This document shows, one piece after another, positions 26,801 through 39,361 of a stretch of DNA of 64,000 nucleotides (its first letter is position 1; each line of letters begins with the position of its first letter). The DNA lies in NCBI GenBank assembly GCA_017654855.1, contig CM030338.1, positions 2,480,001 through 2,544,000 on the forward strand, given 5' to 3'. Under the pieces are notes generated by a model, which had not been told where the DNA came from, searched no databases, and saw nothing but the letters and a program-made list of their open reading frames with translations. Made by a program: the position numbers and the translations under genes. Origin of the DNA: Podospora anserina. Lineage: Eukaryota.

Positions 26801-27771
26801 TCGGTCATGGCTTTCTTGTAATATCGGAGGAACTCTGGGCTGTTGGTTGGTACTTGGCTACTCGCATCGAGGTAGTAGAGGCCAAGCAAGATCTTGGCAA
26901 TCTTGGAATCTGGGCTGATCTCCAGTGATCTCTCCCAAGCTCCCTTCGCATCATCCTTGTAGCCTAGCTGCCAAAGACAGCACCCAACACCAATGCGCGG
27001 GTCTGGGTCAACGAGGTCTGGCATCTTGGCCAAGACATCTTGGTAGGCGGCCAGTGATTCCTGATACTTGGCCAGCGAGAAAAGCGCCCGCGCCTTGCCC
27101 ATCGAGGCCAGCATGTTCTTCCCGTGCGACACCCTGATGGCCTCCTCGAATGACTTGAGCGCATTGCGCACATGTTCGCTCTTCTGGACGTCGACACCGT
27201 TGGGGTCCTGACTGGGACTTTGAAGGGAGGCCTTGAGCAGAAGAAGAACACCGCGGGCCAAGAACAGCGGTGGGAAAGCGGGGTTGAGCCTCGAGGCGTC
27301 GTTCAAGCTCTGTGTGGCCTGCTGCAAGTAGTACTCCTTCGTCCTCGCGTCGGTGCCCTCGGGGGCGACTCTTGGGGCCTCTCTGCTCTTCCACAGGTAC
27401 ATCCAGCACAGACAGGTGATAACTGTCAGTTTTTCGCGCTGATTGCTCTGCATGGCAACTACACCGCGGCTGAGTATCTCAATGGCAAAGTCGACCTTTT
27501 TCTGCTTGGCATAGGCAAGAGCCACCGTCATCCAGTAGGTGCGGGCAGCATGCTCCATCTCGAGAAGGGTGCACAGTTCGGTCGGGTCATCGGCGAGCTC
27601 TTCAAGGTTTACTTCGACAGCCTGGGGGTCCTCATCTTGGTCTTGGGCCGAGTCTTGTACGGGAATATCGATCGTTTGAGGGATGTCGGCAAAGCGCCTG
27701 CTTGTAGGGGCATGGGTAGCCAGTCCGTTGGCGGCCCCATTGAGGGAGCCATTGGCGTAGGTTGAAGCCAT
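23888..27771 (-). CDS. CTR9: RNA polymerase II-associated PAF1 complex TPR subunit Ctr9
   Basis: Exons 27771-25162 and 25105-23888 (intron 25161-25106). Features: N-terminal IDIP..VEVNLEEL..ELCTLL, many TPRs (DPDPRIGVG, ALQLEPKNAYAAQGVAIAL, FVNLGHIY), FNVAYVQ, a coiled coil and an acidic/basic tail with KYKSAEIVVDS. Confidence 0.93.
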
Positions 27772-29328
27772 TCTGGCTGTCGTGATGGCGCCGCAGAACT
27801 CGAGTGTTCACTGGTGGACTTCGAATGACAGAAGCCGAGGTGCTGCGGGTCGATTGTTGATGGCCTCGAATCGGCGGCGCGTTTGGTTGATAAAATCGAC
27901 GGGCTAGTTGGGTGTTGGGTTTTGCATCGATTGGTTGTAGAAAATATCGTCAACTGGCTTACGATGGGTCGAATTAAAGTTGGAATATGAAAAATCTCAT
28001 GGTGGAAAGATCCAAGCGGCGCAGGGTCGGTTGCGACAAGGTTTGGTTGAAGGTGGGTGATGGTGGAATTGGAAGCTCGCGGTGGCAGCGCCGATTGTCG
28101 CGTCACGACGAGACGAGCAGCAATTGATGAGGCTGAAAGGCTTGGGGCGGCTGACCCATGCAAAGAATTTGAGATGCTGCAGATCCCGGCACTTTCAAGG
28201 CATTTCTATTGGCTGCTATCTGTGGGTCTTTTGGAGAAAACCACCCCTGAACAACAAGGCTGCCACCAAAAGTACCATCATCGACCCCCTCACCTGTTCC
28301 AAGTCGAGGACAAGAAAAAGGTCTAAATTTGTGTTTTTTATTTTCTTTTTTCGACTTCTATACTCATTCACTATCTTTGACATCTCTGCGGCGCTGTGTC
28401 TGATGAAGAAATCTTTGTTTTGCACCCACACATGCTAGCTTTGTTGACCTCGTTCTAACTCTCATCAGATATTGACCGCACTTTTTCCTACCATCCGTAT
28501 CATAGATGAATTTAATCTTACTCTTATCAAGTCTATCTACCTTCTGACTGCCTCGCTTACTCTGGTGAAATATCTTCAGCCTTCAATCTGCAACAGCACT
28601 GCCTTGCTCCTCAATCCTGCCAATGAGCGCTCTCAAAATTGTTTTGAAGTGAGGAATCGATGGAACCCCTCCCGTCCGATATGTACCGCTGCTATCTCCC
28701 GGGCCAAAGAGAGACGGAGCAAGTCAAAGATTTCCTTCGGCCGATAAAATGCCAGACATGTTCTCACTCCCCTCCCTCTCCACCGAGTCCCCGACCCACG
28801 TGGAGGGCAGGTCACCAGTGAATGGCAGCTCCGCCAGGTGCAGAAAGAACCAGAGTGAATCGAAGGTGCAAGGCTGCCTCTTTTCCCTGCTTTCGCCGAC
28901 CTATTTCAGTCTCCATCCCTCTTCTCACCGTGCAGCCTCTGACTCTCCATCCTGTACACAAAGCCGGAAACACAACTCTGACAAAAGCGACATCACGATG
29001 GACCTCTCCTGTTAATCAGCGCAAGCCGCCCGCTGCACCCCAATTTACGTTGATCGGAACACCCGTTCATTTTCTTGTTCCCTCAGTCGTTCACAATCAA
29101 TCACCTGTCAAGGACTCGATCACTCGCCAAGACAGGGCAAACGACAACAACCAGCTCATTCACTCATTACTTTGTTCTAAGCGACCGTGGTCTGTCTGGT
29201 GTGTACCAAAGCCTTTGAAACTTCACTCACCGAGCTGCTACTTATCTATCTTATCAACAGTTTTTCTCCCTAATCACCATTTTCTGGGGTATCCCCAGCA
29301 TCAACAATCAAGGAAATCAGTCAACAAG

Positions 29329-31200
29329 ATGGCTCCTATAATATACCTGACCAGCCAGGTCCCCAGGTACTCAACCACTCGCCGAGATGTCGACCCCCAC
29401 TGCTATGGGTGGGATTGCCTCAGTGAAGGTGGCCAGGTTGGGGTAGTTCTGGTGATCATATTCTCTTTTGGTCTGGGGTGGTATATGTGGCGCAAACTTG
29501 GCCAGCCTGAGACTGCCTCCTCACGGCGATGGAGTATGACCACCGGCCTAGCGTCTTTGCCTCGCCTCTCCCGCCCTGGCACCCCATCTGGACGTCCTGA
29601 AAGTCGCAGAATGTCTGGGTCTATTTATCGCCAAAGCCACAGATTCTCGGATTCTATTCACCGTCGGTCGCAGTCTCGCCCAATTTCTCTGGAAAGCATC
29701 AGGGAGGAGAGGGATCGCCAGCCTGGGGAGTCAGAAAGCAGTGCAAGTCCCCATTGCCCATCGTCAGTGCATATTGAGATGGTGAAGACTGTAGGCGGGA
29801 ACCACCAGCCTCCGGTCATACCACCTCCTCCAGGCCCTGCGCCTATGCTATGGACCGCCGGTCCAACGCCAGTATTTCTTCACCCTCCTGCTTACCCGCT
29901 CAGCTTTTCGAACAGTGGTCGTGTGAACGAGATTCGTTTCTCGTCTGCTGTAGGACAGCCAGTCCCCTTCCAACCCTACCCCTTTCCATATCAATACGGT
30001 CCAGGCCCATTACCCCCGTTCCCCAAAGGCATGGGCATACCTCCGAACGGGCCTGTTCCACCACCAAATCAGGGAAATGGACCTCAGGCCACCGATAACA
30101 ACCCAACCGGCCCATCACAACCAAGTGCACCCAGCCGACCAGCTGAGAACCGCCGCAGATCTTGGTTCCCCTTCTTCCACCACAAACGCCCCACCCCCGG
30201 TCACGCAAGATCAATCTCGGAGTCAGCCATTTCCACCCTCCAACCTGAGCTCTCCTCCTTGCACCTCCCACCCATCGAAGAACCTGATATCAACCGTCTT
30301 CGACACCAGCCGTCAATCCGACTAATCGATCGCTCTCCCTCTCCACGGCAGCACTCCCCCCGTCCGTATCCCCGGATTGGATATCGCAACCAATCGCCAA
30401 GTCACAATCTCGACTCTGACAGCGAGGGGATCCACCCCTCTGAGCTTAGTCTAACCTCTATCGGGACTAGCATGAGGGTCCACGATGGGATACCGCCCTC
30501 TGAGGTGTCTGATTTTGGCAGGGATCCTCACTTGGAGGAGTATAGTCCTGAGAGGAGGAGACAGAGGAGCTTGAAGAGATCTGGGGACCCGAAGAGGGGG
30601 GATGAGAGCGATGCTGATGATGAGGAGGATAGGGGTAGGTTTCAGGGGAGGAGGGAGAGAAGGAGGGGGAGGAGGAGGAGGGGCCCACCAAGTGAGGATA
30701 TTCAGTTTCCTAGTCCGGAGGTGCAGAGAGTGACGTTTGCTGAGCCGAGGAGGGAGAGCGGTGGTGGGAGGGAGAGGGGGAGAAGAAGACGGAAGATGAC
30801 ACCTGCGCCGAAGGGGAACAGAGAAAGATCTGGGGAGCGGTCTCCTGAACGTCGGTGTAGAGATCGCTCTTGTGAACGGACTCGTGAGGGATCTTTGGAG
30901 CGGGCTCGGAGGCGTAGGGAGAGGTCACCTACTCGTCAGCGCAGGGAGCAGTCTCGTGAAGGCGGCGCATCTTTGCGTCGATACAGAGGCCGATCTCGTG
31001 AACATTCCCCTAGGACTCGCCACAGAAACATATCTCCTGACTCGTCTGACGAGAGGACACGCACACCTCCTCCCCGCCGCAGAACCCAGCCCCGCGAGAG
31101 AGACGGTGTCCACCATTCGAGGGAGAATCACAGGAGCAGGAACAATCTTTTGGGAAGGTTACGGGCTTATCGGATGGAGATGAGGGGGGAGCGGTACTAG
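29329..31200 (+). CDS. Hypothetical single-pass membrane protein with Pro-rich and Arg/Ser/Glu-rich cytoplasmic tail
   Basis: Long ORF. The likely start is MAPIIYL in good context (CAAGATGG), followed by CYGWDCLS, the hydrophobic segment VGVVLVIIFSFGLGWYMW and RK, then a low-complexity tail. The ORF is also open upstream to 28822, but that part looks UTR-like. Confidence 0.7.
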   Translation: MAPIIYLTSQVPRYSTTRRDVDPHCYGWDCLSEGGQVGVVLVIIFSFGLGWYMWRKLGQPETASSRRWSMTTGLASLPRLSRPGTPSGRPESRRMSGSIYRQSHRFSDSIHRRSQSRPISLESIREERDRQPGESESSASPHCPSSVHIEMVKTVGGNHQPPVIPPPPGPAPMLWTAGPTPVFLHPPAYPLSFSNSGRVNEIRFSSAVGQPVPFQPYPFPYQYGPGPLPPFPKGMGIPPNGPVPPPNQGNGPQATDNNPTGPSQPSAPSRPAENRRRSWFPFFHHKRPTPGHARSISESAISTLQPELSSLHLPPIEEPDINRLRHQPSIRLIDRSPSPRQHSPRPYPRIGYRNQSPSHNLDSDSEGIHPSELSLTSIGTSMRVHDGIPPSEVSDFGRDPHLEEYSPERRRQRSLKRSGDPKRGDESDADDEEDRGRFQGRRERRRGRRRRGPPSEDIQFPSPEVQRVTFAEPRRESGGGRERGRRRRKMTPAPKGNRERSGERSPERRCRDRSCERTREGSLERARRRRERSPTRQRREQSREGGASLRRYRGRSREHSPRTRHRNISPDSSDERTRTPPPRRRTQPRERDGVHHSRENHRSRNNLLGRLRAYRMEMRGERY

Positions 31201-32034
31201 TCTCCGTCTCTTCCACCGCCGACACGCATTTTTCTTTCTCGATGATACCCATTCTTTCTTTTTTTTTCATGCCTAGGGAGGCTCCTCTTACAACTTCAGG
31301 AGCTATTTATTTTATCAGGGGTTTCAAATTTGCGGTACAGGTATATATACCTAGCGTTCTGTACAATAAAAACACACCACACAAACCACCAGCAATCTAT
31401 CAATGATGCACAGCGAGGAACAGAAATCAATTTTCAGTGAAGGCATGAGGGGTGATGGCCTCTTTTTCTCAGATTTTTAACCTCGTTTTATGGACATCTC
31501 TGAAAGGTAGACTTGGGTGGAGGACGACAAAATGGCGTTTTTGCGGGCATTGGGCATTAGGCATTGGAGATGGTGATTTGGATGATATCATGGGGGCTGG
31601 TTGGTCATTTTTGGGCGTTGATGGTTGGGGCAATTCATGGCCAGCAATGCAGAAGGCCAAAAGGACAAGGGGGTGTTTCATGTGAGGATTGCTTTCTTAT
31701 TGTTATTACTACAACAGGTTAACAGTGGTTCTTTGTTTTTTGGCGGTGCGACAAAGTCCTGGGGTCATTGGGGACTGGATGGTGAGAGTGTTCTCAGGGC
31801 AGGTAATTTTTTAACTTACCAGTACACTATGATTTCTAGGCATTAAAGCCTGAGAGCTGGGTGGAAGGAGAGACACTCCAATACTCCAGAACCAACATTC
31901 CTCTAGGTTTAATAGGCTCCTATAAAGGAATCACATCATGAAAATCACATCAGTGTTCGATGCTTGTGATTTCGTCTCTTTCTAACAATACAGCAAAGAG
32001 GTCTGATAACCTTTCGTTCTGTCTCTTCATACTC

Positions 32035-33013
32035 TCACTTACACCCTCCCGGAGTAGCATTACTACACTTCGCCTTCCTCATCTCGGCCCTCAATCCAAA
32101 GATAATCTCTGGTGCCTGCGGGTTGATACACTTATTCCTCATCTCCTTGACACACTTCCCACCTGTGCAACAGCTTCCAATCACACACTTGTGCCCAGAG
32201 TCGCACTCCCTGTTTTTAGTGCAGTCCTTTTCTGCGCTGCAGTAATCATTCAGGAAACAAAACGACTTTCCATTGGAGTCGATTCCGCAGAGGCAGGAGC
32301 CTAGGGGACTTCCGCCACAGGGGAACGGAGTGTAGGCGCCACATATTTGGCCGGAGCAAGGGGTGGTGGAGTTATCGAAGGGGATTGTGCTGGTAATAGT
32401 GAATGTGGATGTAGAGGTGGTGGTTACGGGAGCGGCAGTGACGATGATCGTTGTCACGGGACAGGTTTTGGAGGTTGATGGAAGGGTGGTTAGCGTTCGG
32501 GAGATGGAGGAGAGGGTCGATAAGGTACTGGTTGTGGTGATGGATGAGGGTGGGCTGGCGGTCTTAGACGACGGTGGGTTGGTTGTGGCAGAAGTGGTAC
32601 TGGAGAGTATGGTAGCGGACTTTGTAGATGCGATCGACGTGGTGATGGAGGCGGAGGAGTTGATTAGGGCTCGAGGGAGAAGTGGGTGGTATGGTTGGAA
32701 CGGGTAGCGGGCTCGGGGTTCAGGAGGCGATGGCTTCTCGGGCGTTGGGATTGAACTGATAATTGTCGCGGTGGCAGTCACCGTGACAATCTCACTATGG
32801 GCTTGTTAGCTATTGAAGATATGAACCAGGTATTTGGGGAGGTGCTTACGTCTCTGCGGGTGTGACAGTCCTGCTCAAAGTATACAGGCATGCTGCTGTC
32901 GATGCATTGGTAGCAATAACAGCACGAGGTTCAAGACGAGGTTGATTTCCACTTTCAAGGGCAGCTGTATGGCCAAAGGCAGCGAAGACAAAAATTAACG
33001 GGAGAATTCCCAT
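32035..33013 (-). CDS. Secreted Ser/Thr-rich protein with C-terminal cysteine-rich domain
   Basis: Exon 1 33013-32850 encodes signal peptide MGILPLIFVFAAFGHTAA. Intron 32849-32795 (GTAAGC..GCTAAC..TAG). Exon 2 has a Thr/Ser stalk and a domain with many Cys (CGAYTPFPCGG..CLCG..CFLNDYC..CC). Confidence 0.8.
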
Positions 33014-36000
33014 GGCTGTGGGTATATAACGAGTGAACCGGTGATATCTCCTATGACGGCCATGTCACGGCATGGGGCTCGAGGCAGAGTATTTAAACAG
33101 TTTCGACGTGTGTGGTTACTTTGTCTGGCTGACGGTATGCTCCATGATGTCTCTGTGTAGCCACGGTGTATAAGAACTTTAGAGCCTCGGTCACAGACTA
33201 TTGTATCACAACAAATAGGATGTAGGTTGAACATGGAAGTGGTAGTATGCAGGAACATCTTCGAAGAAGAAAAGGTCTCGGCCGCAATAAGTCTGGGACA
33301 AGTTAGCAGACGCGAAGACCTCCAAAGACACAACTTCAAGACAGTTTTGATTGAGCGAACGCCTGGTTCTAGGTCCTGGTATCATTTCTACTGGTACCAC
33401 CACAAGTGAACACAGTTCCTTTCTTGTGTCTTCAGTTGGCCTCTGGAACACAAAACACAAAGCTCTGGTTCCCTCCATGTTTCGGTCGAGTGGCTATGTT
33501 CTTTCGGCGATCCCTTGGACACACAAGGCATACGAGATATCAACAAGGTAACGATATTGAAGACATATGCAAGGGAGTATACGCGTGGGCAACGTGACGA
33601 ACACGAAGAACGGATGGTCGGTCATGATCCCCCAAAGGCTTCTCGTTCGAGTGGAGCCAGCGGGGTCGATGGGTGGTCGGTTGTCGGGAATTTGGAATGT
33701 CGAGAGCGGCGGTCGGTGTTCGTGAGGGAGCTATAAACATATCCGGTCGGGGGTAATTGAGATCAGGTCGGTCGTCCTCTGAAAGGGATATCTAGCGAAG
33801 GAAGATGGCCTTCTCGAATCGATTTAGCTGGCACAGGAATGCCTCCATGACCAAAATGTGTTGCTCAAGGCGAAGATGCTTTGGCTCGGTTCAAGGGTTC
33901 AAGGGCTCAGGGGTTGTATCACTCGAACTGTCTGTTCGCCGTCGGCTGAGCCCGTCCGTGATCCGTAGCGGTTCGCCCCTTCCCTTGACTGGTCTGCTTG
34001 CCCCAACCTAGAAGGCTAACTGGCAGGAGGCAGACACGACTGGAGATGGCTGGAGGGAGCTTCACCGTGTCTTTCCCATCTTTGGCTCAAACGGAGAACC
34101 GGAATGTTCTCCTTCTTAGTCAAACAACACATCGAAAATCACGGAATCATTCGACACCAGCAATCATCTAATTGTCATTCATCATCATCTGCCCTTTGGC
34201 CGAGGGCCCTAAGCCGCTTCTTTCCATATTGATGAACTATCGACTACCTGCTCCGTATTCAGATGTATTTTGCATTTTGTGGCCTCCAATCCCAGTGTGA
34301 GCTGGTGGTGACAGCCGAGCCGCCTGGCCGAGGTAGACGTCAGCCAGTCTCCTGACACTCACCCTTTTACCTTTCAGGGGTCATCAGTTGACCACCATCA
34401 CCGGTTTTTTATTCAATAGTGACAGTATCTATAACATTGAACCCTCTAGACCCTTCTTTTTGATGATTCACCTCACAATTGGATTCCCCCATACATTGAG
34501 CCTCTATTCGCCAAGTCTTCGATCCGGTTGTGGCAAGGCTGATGCGGTCTATGCAGTTCTGGAATTTCGCTCTTTGGCAATCGCAACAGCATGTTCGCAG
34601 CTGTCAATCTCATGATGTCTCAAGTCAATGCACCTGCACCTTATTCTCAATGATGTCGAGATCAACAATGGCATCGATTAGTACCGCAGCGCAACCCGTG
34701 TGCTTGCCCACTCCACAAACGTGAAATCTCCACTCCTGTTTGAAGGATCGGTCTACTGCGTCTTATCCAGAGTGGATTTGTGCAGGGGTCGTTTCCCGTA
34801 TTCGCGCACCGGATGTGGGATGTGGGCAGCACTAAGCCGACAGTTGAGAGATGGTGTTCGCAAGATCCCCGAGAGATCCATCCTCGTTCGAGAATGACGA
34901 GCAGGACTTTCCCACTCCCAAACAGCTTCATCGGCCGGGAGATCGCCATAGTCCTACACGATCGGCTCCTCCAAGTTTCCCACCACCAAGGAACGAGCAT
35001 ATCAGCGTTGCACAGGACGCTTGGCTATGCTGCGAGTCCACGTTTATCAAGGTCCGGCAGCCATTATGGCCGTCCCGACTGGTTCTATGCCATGCAAAAG
35101 CAACGAAAATTGCAGCCTTCTCAGGCAGGGAGCTCATAAACTTCCCCAGGAGCGGCTTAGGCCAATGGTGATGTAGGATCCAAGACTACATTGCAGTCTG
35201 TCATACTCGAACTAAGGCCAGTCTGGCTAGCCATTGTCACCTCCCGTCTGCGGGCTCTGCCGCCGAAACCGCCGCCGAGTAGGGGGTCACTGCCGTTCCG
35301 GCTCGAGGTTGGGGGACAAAAAGAGAAACACCGCCCCGAGAACATATCGAAAGGGACTAGCGAGCTTGACCGTCGTGCAGCACATGCAAAGATCGACATG
35401 TTGAATGGGGCGGCTACTCAGCAGGAGCGGCACAGCAGGTGACAGGTATACCAGATGTGATTTGCCTCGAGATGTGCCAAGGGCATCTCTGGGGTTTCGC
35501 TACCTCATCTTGCAGATGTCGCCGACCAGTTGCAGCCTTGGATCACAGAGCCAGGGAGGTACGGGAATGCGCTGTAAGTCGACGGCTCTGCTCACGACCT
35601 ATTCCAGCTGTGCTCGCCTATGGGTGTGGCCCCCTCAAGCGGAATCTAAGCATCTTGGTGCAGTAGCTCATGCCGACACCCCCTGTCAAGGACGAGGAAG
35701 CAATGTCCATGTACCAGGAACACGATAGGAAAGAGGCGCTGTGCCTGGGGCTGGCTGTGCGGAACCATCTCAGTCGCTGGACTGCGCGGTATATAATACT
35801 ACCGCTGGACCCAACAGCATCAAAAGGAGACACCCGATCAGCCCTCCCATGCATCGGCTTTCCGTTGATGAGCACCCCCTCTCGATCAAGCACCCCGGCC
35901 ATTCCACACGGGCAGGCAGCACACTCTCTGTGCCATCCAAACACCTAGCGGCTTGGTGCGGGATTCATCGAAGCCTCCCTTGTCCTGAACTCTGGGCGAC

Positions 36001-37023
36001 AGCGCGGGACACCCACAGCGCCTGGTCAGCCGCTGATTTCCTCCATACGACAGCGGGATCCAATACTCGGTCCCTCGGCCGCTTCCCGCATGATACCACC
36101 CGGAGTGGCGGAAGCTGTTCACCGGTTGGCTCTTGGGAGACCTTGTTTCCCAAGCTACTGGTCTCAGTAGCATCGGAGCTGCAGCATTCATGCCACAAGT
36201 CTGAAAGCAGTTGACACTCTCGCCTACTAGGGCAGGAATAGGAGAATTGCCCGGCACACGGGACAAAGCCTGCGAAAGACAGCTACTCGGTGCATCCGAT
36301 ACTTCGGCGACAGCTTTGTAGACGGCTCTGGGGAACAATCCAGCTTGAGACGCGGCCAAAGAAACATATATAACACAGCAGGCACTGGACTGGGGTTTTG
36401 AAATGAGTTCCCATCGAGATCCCAGATTCACTCAAAACAAGCCCCGACGGAATCATCTACATGCACCGACAAACCAGGGCATGATACAACATAATAGCGA
36501 AGCTTTCTTCATCGATTACACCCCTGGTAACCCCGAGGTACGACTGAAATTTCCTTGCCCGTTCAGTGGAGTTGGCCGTCCCTGGCAGGAGCCAGATGCC
36601 ATTGCTCCGCCCATTCTAAGTGTGCAGACAAGGGGTAGTGGATTGACGAAATGGGGAGCATGAGGATATATGGTGATGGGGTGGTCCGCCAGAAACTGAA
36701 AACCCGCCTTTGGAGAACAAAAGGGGGAAATGGAGAAGATGACAAGTCAGAAAAATGCCCCGAAGAAAGACAGACAGCTTGATTGACGATACTTGGCACA
36801 AGCATGTGCGTGATCAACAGCGAACCGGTTGGAAGGGTTCAGAGAAAAAGGGGGCGAAGGGAGGGCAATGCACCATCAGGAGCTTCTTATGCCATTGGGG
36901 TCTAGACCCTCCTGAGGTAGGGGCGGGGCGGGAAATGATAGCATGCGGCGTGGCGTGCTGAATGTGCCTGACGATGGCCTCATTTTTTGGATCCGAATGC
37001 AAGAATGCGCTGACTTTTTGTAG

Positions 37024-38262
37024 CACCTAGTTGCCGGCGGCTATCACTCAACGTTCGGAGCCGGGGGCCTAGCCCGGCTTGGCCCGGAGTATCACCCCAC
37101 AAACACGCCATCGGCCGCTAGCTCCTCAGCGTTTGGCCAACCGGACTATTCCTTCGCAACGGCCGGTAGCACCACCCTTTCTGCGGCACGTGTCCGGTCA
37201 CGAGAGCACCCCAACGTCTACCCCCTGAATACCAGCCAGCCGGCTTTTCCACCTGCTGCGACTCTGGTTGACTGGCGACTATCACCTTATACGACTGATG
37301 CCGTCTCTCCTAATGTTCCGGTCTCGATTGCGGCACACTCGCTTTCCACCACCGCTGGAGTAATTGGATATGCATCACAGCCGAATGTGACCGATCCGTA
37401 CATGGGCGATTATGTATCGCCCACCGCTCCTCTTCCTCCTCCGCAACAGCCAGGCTTTGATTTTCAGCCGTGGCCAGCCGCCGTTGACGATGGCACCATG
37501 AGCCTCGGTACAGCATCGCCGAGCTCGCTCATGTCACCTGTGATGCAGAGCTACGAGATGGTTGCCAGCCCGACGGGATCTGGAATTGATGAGTCGAGCA
37601 TGGGGATGTATGGAGGTGCGTCGGTGGAAAACTGGCAGTTGCCACCGCAACCGCCGTCTAGAACCGACAGCATGGAGATGGGAACCAGCAGCCCAGGCGG
37701 TGGTGGAAAGCGGGCGAAACAGTACGCCGAGCAGAGCGGCGCATCACCGGTTACTGTAGCACCTAAGTCTGGTGCCGGTAACAGTACCACCACCGCTGCA
37801 AAGACGAAGCTACGCAGCGCCTCGAGAACGTCGAAGAATATGCAAACTCGTACCGAGGAAACCCCTCAGGAGCGCAAGTCTAGGAACTCGCACAATCTGG
37901 TTGAGAAGCAGTATCGGAACAGGCTGAACATGCAGTTTGAGATATTGATGAACACGCTCCCTGAATCGATGCGCTCGCCGACCACGACTGCTTCGGGGGC
38001 GGATTCGGATGTCGGACAGGCTGGTGGTGGTCAAGGGGGGGCCGGGTTGGACTTGGGGGAGAGGAGGTTGAGTAAAGCGCAGGTGTTGGACATGTCGACG
38101 AGGTATATACGGTCGTTGGAGAAGGAGAGGGAGAAGCTGGAGAGGGAGAGGGAGGAGCTGCTGTTGGGGATGGCCAAGATGAGGGAGGCGTATGAGAAGG
38201 ACGGGACGTCCGGGCCCGGTTCGGGGACGGGAGGTGGGAAGGGGAAGGGCGCTGCTGGTTGA
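37024..38262 (+). CDS. bHLH(-ZIP) transcription factor, SREBP-type basic region (5' end uncertain)
   Basis: RNSHNLVEKQYRNRLNMQFEILMNTLP...LSKAQVLDMSTRYIRSLE followed by a zipper. The frame is open from an acceptor at 37023 (CTGAC..TAG). The first internal ATG is 37402; a possible upstream exon is 36403/36481-36537 or 36755-36916. Confidence 0.85.
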   Translation, partial: HLVAGGYHSTFGAGGLARLGPEYHPTNTPSAASSSAFGQPDYSFATAGSTTLSAARVRSREHPNVYPLNTSQPAFPPAATLVDWRLSPYTTDAVSPNVPVSIAAHSLSTTAGVIGYASQPNVTDPYMGDYVSPTAPLPPPQQPGFDFQPWPAAVDDGTMSLGTASPSSLMSPVMQSYEMVASPTGSGIDESSMGMYGGASVENWQLPPQPPSRTDSMEMGTSSPGGGGKRAKQYAEQSGASPVTVAPKSGAGNSTTTAAKTKLRSASRTSKNMQTRTEETPQERKSRNSHNLVEKQYRNRLNMQFEILMNTLPESMRSPTTTASGADSDVGQAGGGQGGAGLDLGERRLSKAQVLDMSTRYIRSLEKEREKLEREREELLLGMAKMREAYEKDGTSGPGSGTGGGKGKGAAG

Positions 38263-39361
38263 TGATGGTCTGGGGCAGATGTGGTGGTACATGAGAGAAC
38301 AAAAGTAATGATTTACGATATACACGACAAGTTTTAAAAGTTAGAAGAGGAAGAAGGGCGGGGGTTGACATTCCACCTGCCTACCTGCTGTCTTTTGTGC
38401 ACCCGTCGTGGTGTGGTGGTGGTGGACGGAGTAGGAAGGTCGCACATAGATGTGATGCGTACACATTTGGAGGGATGGGCCTCCCTCCTTATTTGCATAA
38501 TACATCTAGACGATTTGACGACCAACTTTGAGACTGGGTATTTTTTTGGTTGAATTTGTGCGTGACTGATATTATACCCCTCTCCTTCTCTTACAAAGAC
38601 AACAAAACAGAAGAGGCCGTAACCTGTCTTCTTGCTAATTCTACCCGACAACCAGCCAGCCAGCCCAACCGACCAGAGACCAGGTCCCAAGACGCCGCCA
38701 CATGATAGAATACACCTAGTGGTATCGCACACGCTTTCTCTTCTCTCTCTCGCTGGTTTCCCTATATAGTCGTGGGAAAAACATGATGAAAAATGCAACT
38801 CTGACAAGCAAACCAAAAACTCCAAAGAACGCCGTTTAACCCTTGGCTCGGGTGTTTTGTTGCAAGCAGCATATCCGTCTCCAGATATAATAACCCCCTA
38901 ATTCCACCTTCCTTTTTGTACAGCTCTTCCCCCCCGAGACACGAAAACAGTTTCCGTGAACAAGATGTGACCATCATTTTGCTCTTTCGTCCAGCTGCAA
39001 ACCCTTATGCTCATGACCCTTTCTCCCTGTGTGCTGCTAAAAGGTTACCTACCCGAAAACTGGGTGGCTTCGAGTTGACGGGAAATGCTCAAAAAATGAC
39101 AGAGCAAGTAAGTATCGGGTATGCGGTCGTCCAAAGAAAAAAAAGCGATGGCATGCAGCCCAAAAAAGAACCGCAAAGTCGTCCGGGAGCTTGGGTGAAA
39201 TCCGCAATCCAAGATAGTCTGAGAGAAGACTGGGTCCCCCAAAGGATGGTGGTGGGCTAACTCCCCCTTTTCTCAAACTCAACCCAGCTCACTCCAGCAC
39301 CGGCCGATAATCGAAAGTGTGAAATCGCCAAAATAGAATATCGTAACAGAAGACTGATGAT

